From Candidatus Omnitrophota bacterium (lineage in GTDB: Bacteria; Omnitrophota; Omnitrophia; Omnitrophales; Aquincolibacteriaceae), in assembly GCA_030698625.1 (NCBI GenBank), contig JAUYMS010000021.1, positions 6,227 to 70,226 on the forward strand: a stretch of 64,000 bases of DNA, read 5' to 3'. Both the position numbers and the translations under genes were made by a program. The notes under the pieces are model-generated. The model was not told the origin of the DNA, did no database searches, and was given only the letters and a program-made list of their open reading frames with translations. Below, one piece after another: positions 40,701 to 55,700 of this stretch (position 1 is the first letter of the stretch; each line of letters opens with the position of its first letter).

Positions 40701-43700
40701 TTATGGTTAAAGAAACGCTTGCCTACGGAAAGACAGCTCACTATGCCGCTCTTGAAGACGCCTATGTCGACCTGCTCGGGGATCCCGCTGCGACGACCGG
40801 AGATGAACTTCTCAGACTGCTCAAGAGCAGCTTCGAGGCATCCCGTCAAAAGCACGGCTCTCTTCGCGACCCGAGTTCCCGAGATTCGCTGTTTATCGCG
40901 CTCTTTTTGAGGGATGCTACCGAAATTGTGGGACAAGGTCCCCAGCGCTCGGAACTCCGGGCGGACCGCACGCTCGGTGAAGTGCTCGATTCCATCATTG
41001 ATGACACACAAACAGAAAAGTGGACACGCGAGCGTTGGCAGGATGAATTTGAAATCGTTCTGAAATACGTTCACCCCGACCTCGTCAAGGAGGCGGGAGC
41101 CCCCGTGCCGGAACGGACGGCGCTCGAAGCGAGAGCTGTCGAGATTCGTGAGGCCGATCAAAGCGGTGTTATGACGACGCTCGTCAGCAATCTGCCGCCG
41201 CCGGGCGGTTTTTTCGGCAGCGGCGGCGCTATCGAGTTTGACCTTTTCAAGATGTTATTTACCTCTTATGCCGCGCATCTCAACCGCATCCTCAAGGGCG
41301 TGCAGGAAGATGAATCTCTCGGAGAAGTCGAAGTGCCGACGGAAATCGACATTACCGCGCCCATTGAAGAGCAGCATGAGCTTTTTCGCCATGTCCTGCG
41401 TTTGACAGAAAGACAACGCGGATACAGCATTAACTTTACGCTGCTTGTCGCGGGTCTCGATCCCGATGAGATCAATAATCCCGGCGCAGAGTACACGCCG
41501 GCCGCGGCCCTGATCCTGAGGCAGGCTGGGTTCCATGCCGCCCATTTTGCCAGTGACATGGCCCGAACCTTTCGTCCGGAGGCGGAACCTGTACTCGTGG
41601 ATCCCGAAGATGTTTTGATTATATCCCGCTTTAATCCTATTCGCCACATCACGGTCAAATCCGCTGATGGCGGGTATCCTCCGTATCTCGTGGTGGAATT
41701 CAGCCGTGCATCCGGTGAACAGATCAGCCGGTTTCAACGTATTCATTTATTGAAGGCTGCATTGCCCGACCAACCGGTTGCCCAAGAGGTTACGAGCGAG
41801 TTCGTGCGTAGTGGTTTCGTGCATGAGCTTGGGGGCGAGTCGGGGTTAAATTCCTTTGCCTTTGATTACGACACAGCTCCCGAAGAACGCGCGGCGAAGA
41901 TCGCCCGCTTGAAGGCACTCGCCGAGCAGGAACTGCTCCTGATCCAGGACCGGTACATGCCGGAGGTGACTCAGGAGACCATTGAAAGATTCGCGAAATT
42001 TGTCGGCCGCTCGGAGCAGGAAAGGCATGCCATGGCGTTGGGTTATCCGCATATTGTGCACGAACAGAAGCTCGGGCGCGAGCGTACTCACTTTGCCAAC
42101 AAGACGGGTATCGCATCCCCGGGGCTTGGTGCCAATGACGACGTTCAGACACGCCGCTTTCGCCGCTTGCGGGTGTTTTGGGAACAGCGCAATCTGAGCC
42201 GCTTGAAGGACGCCATACTCTATGCCGGGGAAGAGGAGGAGTCGGCACGTCGTGATATCTCCGATCGGGTCAGGCAAGGGAAGTTGGAATTGCCTGAGGG
42301 TGACGGCGCGGAAAAGAAATTCGAGGAGGAGGTCGCGGCACTCACCGCGGATAGAGAGCGCCTAACGGTTTACTCGCCGCTCGTGGCCCTGTATTTGGCT
42401 GCCGACGGTGATGGGAATTTTCTCATTCCCGATAACGCGGCTGATGCCTATCTCGCATGGCTTGAGGACCTCAGCAAACAAGGTCTGCAAAAGAAATTTG
42501 CCGAAGCATTGAAAGAGGCCAAAGCCGGAATCAAACCGGCCGGTGAAACACGGACCGACGGACTGATTGCCGATGAAATCGGGGATATCCTTGAGCTGGA
42601 AGTCCTCTACCGTCTTCTCTATGAGCATCTTCGAACAGCCTCATTTTTTGATCGCGAGAGCCGGTCGAAATTTTGGCTCAATCTGAACCATTATCACGAG
42701 TTTTACCGAAACAGCGATGTGACTTCAAGCCGTCTCTGGGCGCTCGCGCGCTCCCATTTTGAAGACAGTATTCGCAGCGATCTTGGCGATGCCTGGAACC
42801 ACCTGCAGGAGTATTTCCTAAAGCCTCAGGATATGTCCGCAGGCGCAGAGGTCAATGCGGCTGCCACCATGATCGCCAATCAGGACCGCAAGTTGTTGCC
42901 TGCGGAACTGCCCGATCTTCTTCGCGGCGCGACAGAAAAGATTCTCGGTTCACAGACCGTTCATCTGACGAGTGCAGCCACAACGGCAGATAGGTTGCCC
43001 GGTATTTTGAGCACTTTTCTCAAAGGTCTAGACCGCTTCGACCTGCCGGCGCTTTCGCTTGCGAAACGAGAGGCTCTGAGTCGCCGTCAGGCCTTTTATG
43101 ATGACCTCATCCGTATCCGAGAACTTTATGAGACCGGTCGCTTTGAACAGGCGCTTCGCCTTACGAATGGCTTGCTGGGTCATGGCGAAGATGCGCCCAA
43201 GCTTTCGAAGAAACAGAGGAGAGCTTTAAGGAAGGGAAAGGAAGTTGAATTGCCGGAGGCCCCGGCCGGACTGCTGGTGCCTGCAGCCGAAGAATCGTTG
43301 CGCGAGATGCAGGCGCGTTTGCGCGAGGCGATGGCAACGGCCTCGACGGCAGCTCCTCAAGCCGATGAATCCTCTGCGGTCGTCGCAGAACCGGCTGATG
43401 TCGCAGTCGTTGAGCCAAAAGCAGTTCCCGCTCCGAAAGAAAAGCGCGAGCTTACGCCGAAACAAGAATTTATGGCTCTCGAACAGATCAGTCCGGGACT
43501 TCGGAATCTCATCGGCGAAATACTGGAGCCCTCCGCGATCGCATCCAGAAGCAACAAGCGATGGATAGCGCTTCACAATGCGTTCTTCAAGTTTTTCTTC
43601 TCAGATGACGGCAGTCAACCCAATGAATTAGAAAAGCGTGCCTGGGATATAGTGTTGGCCGCTTTTAACCGTGGTTTGGCCAAGAAACTGGCGGATGGCC

Positions 43701-46700
43701 GAATGGTGCCCGAGATGCGGATGGGCGATTTCTTCGATATGGCTCAGGACTACGGTAAAGCGACCGACAGACCGGAGTCCCAAGCGGATATCATGGTGCA
43801 GCCGACCAAGACACTGCTGCTGATGTCTTCATCTATGGCGCGCGTTCTGACGGGATTGATTGCCGAGGAAGCCGAGACACAGCCGGCAACAACAGATCTT
43901 GCGCCGCCTGCCGCGAATATGAGTCCCGCTGAATATGCTGAATCCTATCGGCAGAATATTCTCATTAATGGAAATCGCCTTCAGGACTTCTTGTCGCATG
44001 TCCCGGGTGCCTTAGTCGGTTATAAGGTAACGGCCGACATCAAGCAGAAGGGCCAGGGCGCGCCGCTCGCTTTGGCCCCCATATGGGCCTTCCGCCAGTT
44101 CGGGTTACAGCCTACGTTCCGCGTGATTCCCGACTTTGTAAGCCAGGCAGGGGAAATAAAGAATATTGCTTATATCGAAGCGACCGAAGGAAATCCGCCG
44201 GCCGTGAGAGTGGAGTTTAATAAAGCCTTGGAGGATCCGCGTACCGGGCAGTCTTTTACGGATGTTGCGCTTTTCGTGGTTAGAAACCCTTGGGCCGACT
44301 TCGCGCGATCAAGCGACAGCTTGGAGGACGTTGAGTTTGATACCGAAACCGTAAGGGGCTATGCATTCCGACCTGGGGATGCCCAAGTTGAGCGCACCCA
44401 AAAAATCCGTCAGTTGAGACAAGCCGCATTGGATCAGAAAGTCGTCTTGCGTGTTCCGTACTTATTGCCGCTGCATGAGGGGGCTGTAAAGCGTATTGCG
44501 GAAGCGATGGGACGTACGGCAGCAGAGCGGTGGGCCGCGGAAACGTACTTTGCGCTGGGCTTCAGTGACCCGAGCGGCAATACACCGCGGCGCATTGAGA
44601 GGTTTCCCGATCCGGAAAGGTCTCAGCCATTAATAGAAGGTGCTCAGACTATTGGTGACGCAGCTCTGGCCTTCAGTGACGGCGCCCGCGCGCGTATTAC
44701 TATTTTAGAAAGCAAAAAGAATTTGATTGCGCTCTTAGCGCACCCGATTTTTGAACCGTTGATGCGGCTCATGACGGCCCGTGACGCCAAGGGCGAGTGG
44801 GTCGTCAGTGTGCGAAGCGCCGGAAAGGTGGCCGCACAACTTGATCGATTGGCCGGTGACGTGATTCTGCCTGCGATCGATGATATCGCCAAACAGGCGC
44901 CCGAGATCCAGGATCAAGCGGCGCTTGCCCGTTTCGCCGCCGAACTCAATCTGGCCGCCCTCACCCAAGTCCCGAGAAGGATATATCAACAGCCCGACAT
45001 CAATGATATCCGCATACGATTAGTAACGGAAACCGGTCGGGCTTGGGATGCGGATCTCAGCAAGTTTAAGGCTGTCGTAACACCGCCTGGTTCCGAGAGG
45101 GACCAGACCCTTCGTGAAATTGCGGCAAAGGAAAGCCTCGTCATCGCCGGATTTGATCGTGAAGATACTACAGAGGAGCGCACCGCAGCCATGGCAGAAG
45201 CCTTAAGCGACTACCGGAAGAACGCCGAAGGGCTTGTCCTTCTGGATTTTTCATCGCCGGAAACATTGACGGCGTCAGCCCTGGATTTGGCGCATCGCTT
45301 AAAGACGGGAAGATCGCAGGCTGTCGAAGCGCGCCGCGCCTATTTAGAAGCCCTGGTTTCGCTTCGCAAACTCGCCGAAGCGGGGGATCAGTCGCGGGCA
45401 TTTACAAACGCCGCTGCTTTGCTTGCGACGCTCAACGACGGTGAGGATAAGGAGCGCGTCGAATTATTCCGCGGCCGCGTCCGTGCGGCACTCGTAGCTA
45501 ACATGCAGTCGCATCTGGATTCTGTGGCGGGTATGGTCACGGATGTTCACAAATCTTCCGGCGATATCGAAGCCGCGACGGCTGACGCGGTAAAACTTCA
45601 CGATTTATTGAGACCTCTCGTTGCCGGAGAGACCGGGCCTTATGAAACGGCGCTTGCATTCGCGCAGACCGGTTTGGAACGTAAGAGGGAAGCGGAGCAG
45701 CGGACCGCGGCTACTCGCGGCGCAGATCTTAGCCTCTTGGAAGGGCATCTGGAACTTGCCGCAGTGGCCGACAAACTTGAGGAAGCCGAGCCCGAGTGGG
45801 ATAAGGCACAGGCGATTATCCGGGAGGTCAAATTCGAGGAAGGCGACGAGAAGACAAAGTTTGAGGGGCTCATTGCGGCAACGGAGAAAAATGTGACGGC
45901 ACTCAAGCGGAAAAAACAGTTTGCAGTCGAACTCGCGACATTGCAAACGGATGGGAAGGCAGCTTACCTCAAAGCGCAAGCGTATGCCAAGCATCTGAAC
46001 GATGCCGATCCGGATATAGTGCTTGTCGAGCATATGATTGAATTGCTTATCGTTGCACAGGAAACAAAAGAATTGGCCGATTTTAGCGTGGCTGACCGGT
46101 TCTCATACCATTTGTTGGAAACGCGGGTCTTTAGGGCTTACGGGGCAAACGATCTTGCAACGCTTGCGGCGGGCAATGCTCTGATAGTCCGGGAGAATAT
46201 GGAGAAACGGGATTACACGGTGGAAATTGCACTCGAAGAACAAATCGAAAAACTGGATGAAGCAAACGACGTCCTTTTACGCCGGCGCGAGGAGCGTCGT
46301 ATCGATGAAATCCTCAAAAAGATGCCGGAGCGTGTGCGGCACGTAAGCCCCACAAGCTATGAAGCTTTTGCCAAGGAGATTGCTCAAGTCCGTTCCGATA
46401 TCGAAGGCCTCGCGCAGTATGATCATGCACGCATGCAGGGAACACTGGCCGCAAATCTAGATGCAGTTGAAATTATCTTTGAGGGCCGTAGGATTCGAGC
46501 CCGGATTGCCCGAAGTGCCAATGAAAGCCGCAAGCCGGGCGTCAAGAATCAAGCCGGTCATTTTCAGCGTGCGCGCACAGAAATCGCGGGGATCATTGAT
46601 CGGCTCGTTCGCCGTTTCGGCAGACCCGCTCACACTACCGCAGATGAGCTGCGAGCCGAACTCGATCGCGCCGCAAGTGGTTTCGATAAGAAGAAAAGAT

Positions 46701-49700
46701 CCGAGCTTCGAGTTGCCGAAGAAGTAGCCATTCTTCAGCCCGGTGAGAGCGCCTACGATGCTATGTTTAAAAACGGGGTCGCGGGAGGGCTCGAGGCATT
46801 GCGCGATTTTCTGGAGGAACGTTTCTTAGAGGGATCGGAAACGCCCTATGTGGTAAGGATTGTGCCGACCTCGACCGAGGAGAGAGCGGCATTGGAGGCG
46901 GATTCGGAAATCAGCGGGGTATCACCTCTTTATTCGGGGCCTGAGGCGGCCGACATTTTGAGCCGGCTGCGGATCTCGCAGATTTATCTGAACCAGGCAG
47001 ACTTGATTGAGATTTCTCTTTCCGAAGCGATTCCGTTATTCGGCAGATCCACAGATACGATTTCCATTGTCGGAGATGCCGACTTTTTCGCAAAGCTTCG
47101 CAACAGAAGCAGCTACGCAGCAACCATTAAAAGAGACGGCTATACGCCGGTAGAACGCGATGACTATGACACGATTTTTACCCGTGTGCGGCAAGAAGAC
47201 TTCCATGTGCTGGAAAGTGGTTGGGGATTTAACGCCGCAGAGCACCGCTTGGCATTTCGAGATGCCTTTGGCGTCGATGCACAAGCTGCGGATCTCTTGC
47301 TTTCCGAGGGCGAGTATTTGGAGCTTGAAAGGAACCGCCTGAGTGCACGAGTTGAGGCGGATCAGCAGCAATTGCGCGAAGACCTGGGGCAGGCGATCGA
47401 AGCCACCGGCAAAGGGAAAATCTCGAAGCTTGCGAGCAGGGCCTTGGCGCGAGACGAAACGGCAATCCATGAAAAGATTGATGCCCTGCAAAGTCAAGTC
47501 TCATTGGATGAGCATGAGGCTCCGCTGCTGTCGGGAACGCCGGAGACTGTCTATCAAACCGCCAAGCGAAAAGCCCCTGAAATATCCGCCCGGATTAAAT
47601 CGATTCAGGAACGGCATGCGGCACGGGAGGCGCTTGTCGGTGAGCTCGAATCTGCTCAGAAACTTCTCACCGAAGCTGTCCGAGCCAAGCAAGAATCCGG
47701 AGACATTGAATCCGAGATTGCCGATCTCGCGACCTTGTTCGAAGGGTGGGGTACTGTTGTGGACTATGCCGCCGAGATCAAGCGGATAACCGAAGCGCTC
47801 GAGGTCGCGATGGAGACAATCAGCAAGAAAATTGCCGCGCTTAAAGAAAGCGAAGTAATTGAAAAACCTCCCCTCATCGATGAGGCGACAGACTCCTTGC
47901 CCGCAAATGTCTTACTCAGGGAATTCCAGGCTGCTGTCGGGGAGTTGGGCGATCATTGGGCGGTGCAGGTACTCGAAGCGAGGCATGATCCGCGCTGGGA
48001 TCCGACTGCGAAGATAACCTTACCGGACCAGGGGTCCCAGGTTGCCGGTGCGGTGCGGGACATTCAGAAATTTGTTCGGGAAGTTCAAGCCATCAAGCCG
48101 TTTGCGGATGAAGAAAGCGGTAGGGAAGGCATTCGTGAGCTCGCCGAATCGTTTTCTTCAATCTATCGAACCATCGGCCAGCGTGCCCTCCGGTACGTCG
48201 GTATCGCGGGTACACGTGAGGATGCTGAAAGAAAGTTGAGAAAACAGGAGGAGGCCGCCCGCCAGCGGTTCATGCAGCGGCAAGATACCGGTATTCACGG
48301 CCCCGCTTCTAATACGGCTGCCCGGCGCGCTAAAGACAGGGCCAGAGATAAGACTCAACGTGCTCGTCAAAAGCGGAAGCATATGGACTATACCCTCTCC
48401 TACCTGACGGTGGCGCTCAGCATTGTTGAAGCTAATTTCAGGATGCTAATGCAGAGGGTGGCCTATGAAAATGCCTTCCTTCATCCGGTTAGAATCGAAG
48501 CCGAACCGAACCGGGAGAAGGTCAAGGAGGCGCTGAAATACATAACGCATAACCTACATGAGCGGGCGGGGGGGACATACAAACATCCGCCGCTGCGTAT
48601 GGGCATCGGCAGGCATGCGACTGACCTCGCCGAAGAGGTGGGATCCTTGATCGCGAATGTGGAAAATGCCGCCGACTTACAAACAGACGTGATCAATCTC
48701 GTCTTGAGATTAATGACCCTTGTCTCAAACCATGATGTGCTTTTTCCCGAACTCCTAGACAATGTGGGCGGCGCATACAAGGTGCAGTCATTCCTGACGG
48801 ATGAGATGATTCACTATGTGACCCATCTGCTTTCAGCCGCAGCTATTTCCTATGAGGAATCCGACTTGCGTACGAAGTTCGGCCTTCCGGATAATCTGGA
48901 TGGGACGGATGTCCTTGCGCAGTTAATTCACGAGGCCAAGGCGAATTGGCGAATAGCGCTTCACTCGGACGTGGAAGGAAAGGATACAGCGACACATCGT
49001 GAGAATCTTGCCGAGGTGTTGAAGCTGATCGCGTTTTCCAAAATAGTTCAAGATGACGATGACCTTTACGACAGATTGACTAAAACGAAGAGCTTCCCGG
49101 CAACCGAAGCGCTTATCGCCGAGAACGCGGACCGAATCGAGGCACTCCTCCGGCGCTCGCGGGAGGCCCATGGCCCCGACGGAATTTTTTATATTCGATT
49201 TCCTGCCGATCATCCCGACCTTCCTTTGGCAGAATTAGCGTTCTCCGCGCCGTTGGGGTATCTGCACGTATTAGCCGGTCCGGCAAGGACTCCCAATGAA
49301 CAGCATTCCTTGAGCGGCTATCCGGTGATCGGAAGCAAGGGGAAGAAGCCCGTTTTCTATGTGGAATATCCCTTCGACTACGCAGAACCGCAGCCGGTGA
49401 CGGCGTTCTTTTACAACTTTGCAGAGGAGCCGGAAATGCTGAGCTTCGCCCTTACGCTTAATAAATTGCGCGAAGAGGCGTCATTGGCGTCTGTATGGCC
49501 GGCCCTTGAAGGGCTCACGCGATGGATCGACGATCAGGCTCAGATCGTGACAATGGTCAACGCCGAAGGCAAGGAACTGGACTCAATGGGCTTTATGGCC
49601 CGCCGGCACCTGGAACGCGTGCTGACCTTAATTGCGGATAAGGTCGGTAAGACTGCTGCGCTGACGGCCGAGAAAATCGAATCGACTGACGGTAAAATGG

Positions 49701-52700
49701 CGCCGCAATACCGGGTGAAGATTGCTCATGAACATGGTTCCTCGATCGGCGAATGGGACGAGAGCGAGTATGACAACCTCGTATTTCTTATTAAGTTGCT
49801 CGGCCATGTGAAGCTTGCCGGCGAAGGGGAACCCGCGGAGCTCGAAGATGCAGAAATTTTCAGGACCCGCCATGATCACACGCTCGTCGGGGAGATGGCT
49901 AGAGACATCGACGGACGCACCGGCTACTTTGACGTTCGCATTCAGGGGCGCGGCGAAGAACCCGAGGAAGTCCTTATGACTCTCAAAAAGCCCGTGCGCT
50001 CAGAGCTCAGGGCAGAAGAGGCGGCCGTGCTGCAGCCGGGACAGACGGATTATAATCAGTTATTTAAAGACGGCATGCAATCAGGCCTAGACCGGCTAAG
50101 CGGCTTTCTTGAAGATAAGCTGCTGGAGGGAGGCGACTCGCCGTTTGTCCTTCGCGTGGTTCCGAGGAACCTTGAGCAGTGGAATGCACTGGATGAATAT
50201 CAACAGTTAACCGGTGTTGCGCCGCTTTACACAGGTCCGGAGGTCGCGGCGATTCTTGCCTCGCAGGACATCACAGAGATCTATCTCAATAAAGAAGATT
50301 TGGTCGAGATAGCATTTACCCCGTCCGGCGATGTTTTTGGCCGGCCGGCCGACACCGTGACCGTCATCGGCGATGCCCAGCTCTTCGAAAAACTGAGAAA
50401 CAAAGAGGCTTACCGCACGGCTATTGCGCGGGATGGTTATGCCGCCTTAAGTGAGGAAGATTACGATACGGTTTACACGCGCATTCGGCAGGAGCTCTTC
50501 CATGTATTGGAAAGCGGTTGGGGTTACCGGAGTGATAGTCAGCAGGCAAAGTTTCTGGAAACCTACGGAACCGATGCCGAGGCGGCTGAACTCCTTCTTT
50601 CCGAAGAGGGATACCGGGATTATGAGAAGTCCGTCTTGCTCGACACAATCGGTGTAGATCAGACGCGATTACGGCATGCACTCGAGCAGATCGCCGAGCC
50701 CATTCACAAGGGAGCTATGAATCCGCTCCTCGAAGCAGCTCTTCAGAGCGAGGAAACCGAGATCCGCGGGGAAATTAACCGTCTGGTGAATCACGCGGCT
50801 TCTGTGAGGCCGCTTCCTCTGCAGCGGACAGATATTGAGCCGGTTTATGCCGCGGCAGACGCTGCCGTCGTTGCCATAGCGATGACGATCGAACAAATTC
50901 AAGCGCGGCATGGCGCACGCGCGAAGCTGACCATCGAACTGGCGGGGTTTCAGGAGCTCTTAAGCGAAGAACTTGCGTCACGTGTGAGCGGTCTTACAGG
51001 AGAGGGCTTGCAGCAAGTTCGGGCTGAAGCTTTGGATCAAGCCTCGCGTCAGCTTACCTCTGAGATCGCATCGTTGGCCGGCACTTTCGGCGGGTGGGGA
51101 AATATTGCCACACATCAGGAAGAGCTAAAGAGAATAGCCGGCGAGTTGGAAACCCGCGCAGCGGCGATTGGCCGAAAAATCCGGGCGATCACCCTGCCGG
51201 AAGTTGAGAAAGAAATCCCTGCGGTTATTGAACCCGCGGCAGACGAAGGCCTAGCCTCGAATATCGTGCTGCGGAAGCATCAGGAACGGGCCGCACAACT
51301 GATGCATCACTGGTCCATGGTTGAAGCGGCAAAGCAGCCGGACCGCGACAGAATGGCGGCGAAAATGCTGGGCGAGATGCGCGATCATGCCGCGGCGATC
51401 GCGGCGGCCCCAGCCTATGCCGACGATGAATCGGGCCGTGCGGCCATTAGCGAGCTTATAAAAGAGTCACATGCCCTGTCGCGCGCCTTGCGTCTCGAAC
51501 TTCACGCCATGAAGGATGCCATTCAGGCTTCAGCCGACCAATTGCCCAGGGTTCTCGACGTGATGAGCCGGGCAGTCGAGAAGCAGACCGCGCGGGCACT
51601 ATCCACCATGCGGGGTAGATCCGGCGGTTCGTCAAGACGGATGATAACGAAAGTGATAGGAAAAGTGAATGAGGAGCGCGAGGCCTATGCCAGAAAAAAC
51701 GGCACAATCATGCAACTGATCGTTGCCGTCGCTCATTTTAATGAGATGACACAGGACCTTACTGGAGACGCCGTGAACATCGGCCTTCTGGATTTCGATG
51801 AGTCTGACCCTGTTGAGCTGGCTGTCTGGAACGCGGAGCCGGTCCGCTCAGAGGTTAACCGGGACGTGCTTATCCGTGTTTTGAGGCGCCTCGCCTCGGA
51901 CCTTCGTGATGAAGAGGCCCATGACTATGACCGCGACGAAGGCGGAATTCCCGGAATCGAAAAGAGGTTACCCATTGGCGGGCCTTCATTTGGAAGAGCG
52001 CACGGTGAGGCGGCCGCGCGCATCGAGTCTTTGATCGACGACCTGCCGACGGATACCGATGAACTGCGCGGTCAATTGACACGCGCCCTTGTTGACGTGG
52101 CGAATTTGCTCAGTATGACCTTTACCTTCTATACACAGCTTCTCCAGGGTGATGCGAAAGCGGATCGGGAAAACAATTTCACCACTTACGATATGCTCGG
52201 TGCCCTTGTGGCCTCATACCGCGCCGCGGGTCTCAGTGTCAACGAAAGCGCTATCCGCGAAATGATGGGTTACAGAAAGGCATTTGAGGCGGATTTGACA
52301 TTGCGTCATGCCGCCATGTCGGCACGGCGTGTCTGGATCCTGGAGCGAAAGAAAGACGCCGCGGGAGAAAATGCGCCGCTCCACGATGAAAATTTTTCGG
52401 AGTATATGCGCTATGTCGCTTATCTGAAACTGCTTCGAGACGAGAAGGCGCTAAGGGATGAACTGGAGAAGGCAGCCGGCTTTGCCGGTATTTATGCGTT
52501 AATGGAGAAACACGCAGACCGTATCGATGCGTTACTCGACGAGGCGCGACAGGCTCACGATGGCAGACTGAGCGGTGAGATCAGCATTCCTCAGAGTGAG
52601 AGCACTCTTCCGGGATTCGTCATCAATGCGACAAATGCAATGGGCGTAATTCATGAGTTGCAGATAACGGGTCAGAGCGATGTCGCCGGCCGCCTCTTTT

Positions 52701-55700
52701 TCGATGCGCCGCGTGCGGATTTCACCGGCGGTGTAGAGTATTATATCCAGTGGTTTGAGCAGGACCGGGATCCCACAAAGCGTTTAAACGCTCAACACCT
52801 TCCGGCCAGCGACGAGGGCATGGCGCTCTATGCTATCGGGCTCAGAGACTTTATACGGCACTTCGAGGCCGGCGACTTGTCGACGGAAAACGCCCGGATT
52901 GCGGCGGCCATCATGCCGACTGTGACCAGCCTCCTTGCCCGGCTCGAAAAACGCGCCCAATTAGTTGAAATGGTCAATACCGAAGGCAAACGTCTGGATG
53001 CCGCTCAAGAAGACGTGAGGCGTCGCGTGACGGATCTCTTCAAAAAGCTACTTTATCGAAAGGCAGATTGGCTTACTCTGACGGCAGAAACCAAAGAGAT
53101 TCGCGTGCAATCAAGCCCGGTACATCCGACAGAACAGAAAAGCGTAACCCGCTATTCCGTAACCGAGAAGATGCCGCAATCAGTCGTTACCTCGGACGAC
53201 CTCCCGTCAAATTACGACAACTTAGTCTTTCGTTTGAAGCTACTGGGAGACGTCAAGAAGAAAGTCGGCGATGCTCTCGCTGACATCGGTGAGGAGCGTT
53301 TCAATACCCACCATGATCACCTGCTGGTGGGGGAATTGACATTCGAAGAGTCGGTAAGATTCGGTATTGAAATCCAGGGCCGCGGGGAGAACCCGGAAAG
53401 CGTCAAAATTACAATTCTTGCAATGGATGCGGATGTCACGATAAGCCGTCCCAGGGGTATTCGACGCTCCGAGCTCAGAATGCAGGACGACGATGATGAG
53501 GAGGATGCTAAGCTGACGGTTGCCGAGGTCGAGCGCATTCTTTCCGAAAGCCCGAGTGTTGAAAATCTATACCGCATTATGGATAAGCTCACGGAAATCA
53601 ATAAAATTCCCGGTTCGAGCAAAAACAATCTGAGCGTTCCTCCTGCGATACTTTCATCCCTGCTCCTTCATTATGATGCCGCCGAGCGCGTGCTGAAGCA
53701 GGGGCAGGGCCTCGCCATGCAGTTGACTTACATGGGCGCGATCGCGAGTTGGTATCGCCGTCACCAAGACGACATTCTGGCCGCCTATGTCACGTACGGA
53801 GACGTCACCATCCTTGAAGCCCTTCGTGATTTCGCGGCTATTTATGCTCCGCAGGATCACATAACGAGTGCTATTCAAGCGGCGATATTTGAATTCAAGG
53901 CTCCGGCGGTTCAAGAGGAGAAGGCCGTGGAGAGTGAGGACGATGTCCTGCGCTTGAACGGTTTTAAACTGAAGGTGCGATACGCCGATCTCGAAATGCG
54001 CCGCCGGGCGACGGAAGACGTGCTCTACGGAGAATGGGCGCTCGCACCAGCTGATGCCTCGAAGCTTATGGGTATTGACGGCGACCGCCTCCGGGCGAGG
54101 CGCGCGATGCTCATGAAATATTTCAAATCCTTGCAGCCGTCTCCCCATGTCATTTTTGACCCCATTTTAAGTCCGGCACTCTTGCGTTTAAGGCTTACAA
54201 GTGTGCGAAATACGGTACTCGCGTTCCCCGAGACACTCGAGGAATTTGAAAAGCAGCTCCGGGAAGAATTGGCGAAAGAGGGTCTCGCAAGTGATGGGGA
54301 ATTCTTCAAGCAGCGTGATGACCTCTATGGCCGCGAGATGTGGGAAGCCGTAGAAAACGAGATTCGCCTGGAAAGCGAGACCCGGGCCGAATCCAACCGC
54401 GAACGTTTGCACCGGAACCTGCTGGTGCAGCAATTCCGCGAATGGTTCCTGGGCCTGTCGCCGATATTGCCGGAGGAAGCCATGCCACAAAATGTTTTTA
54501 CGGATGACCGGAGCTCCTTTGTTGTTCCCTTTGACGTCGTGCGCCATGAATCCCGCGCGACACTCTCGATCGCACCCAGGTTTCGCAAGGATGAGAACGG
54601 TGAGCCCCGCACGATTTGGCTGCGTGCGGCGGAGCACCCCGTGACCCGCGAAAAGATGATCACGCTTCACCTTCGCCCCGACGGCGAGGTCCTGGGTTAT
54701 GCCTTATGGGATGAATACGACCAGAAATTTCGTGGATATGAAGGACCGATGCTCCACACTCAATATGCCAATCCCGCTCGGCGTCACTTCGAGTCCTATG
54801 TCTATGATCCGTACAACGTCACACCGATGAAGCCGCGCCGGATGAAGGTTCGCGGCACGATTCGTGAGCAGCGGCGCATCACCCTGCTGCCGTCGTTTGA
54901 GGGCAAAGATTACAGCAATGTCTATAACGTGAATTTCAAGACGAAGGAATCCGTCAAGGTTGAGACTGTTGCCATTGCCGGTGAGAGCCGTTTTATCCTG
55001 CATCTGGCCGCAAAACCGGGGAGGCGGGAGCAAAAGATCGTACGCTACGCTCATGATGACGAAGTGAGGCTGCTTACTCCCGAAGACGAGTTGGTGAAGA
55101 GGTTAGCTTCCGATTGGACAAAGGAAATGCCGCGCGCAATTGCGTTGGACCGGACTAAGGCGGGCCTTCTGAACTTTCGCAAAGAGAGCGTCGATCAACA
55201 GGGCTTGACGGTGAGACTGCCCAAGGTCAAGAAGGATTGGGATCGCCAGGTATTTGTGACCTTCCACCTCCAACGCGTCGACGGAAAACTCCAAAAGGTG
55301 ATTGATGTTTATGGGAGAAACAAGAAATGGGATGAGGAAGGCCGTCCTGTTGAACATATCTGGAGCGGATATTACGACGAGGATGAGGATGCGATGATCG
55401 TCTTTGACGATTTTGAGCGGCGGCGTCTGGTCGGCCACGAGCGCTATGATATCCAACTGCATGCCTGGAGTTTGCGTTATGCCGAGCGCCCGGGGGATAT
55501 CTTTACACCGGCCGAGACTGAGCATCTGATTCGTCTCGCGACACTCGATAAGCCGCATACTTTGGAAGAGGTGTGGAAAAATTTCGGAGGTGAAAATTAT
55601 TCAATCGAGTATCTGGAAAGTGTCTTCAAGAAGCTGCAGTCGCCGCGCTTGACGCCTGCGAGGCGCCTTGTCCATGTCGGTAACAACCGGTACTCGTCTC

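Noticed and set aside
41050-41095. J-domain-like LKYVHPDL
   Set aside because: HPD is present but the surrounding J-domain helices are not convincing; may be chance.
42008-51865. Near-motifs RSEQE (42008), RSDLG, RSDIE, RSEVN (51845)
   Set aside because: Inexact and inside apparent domains; not counted as delimiters.
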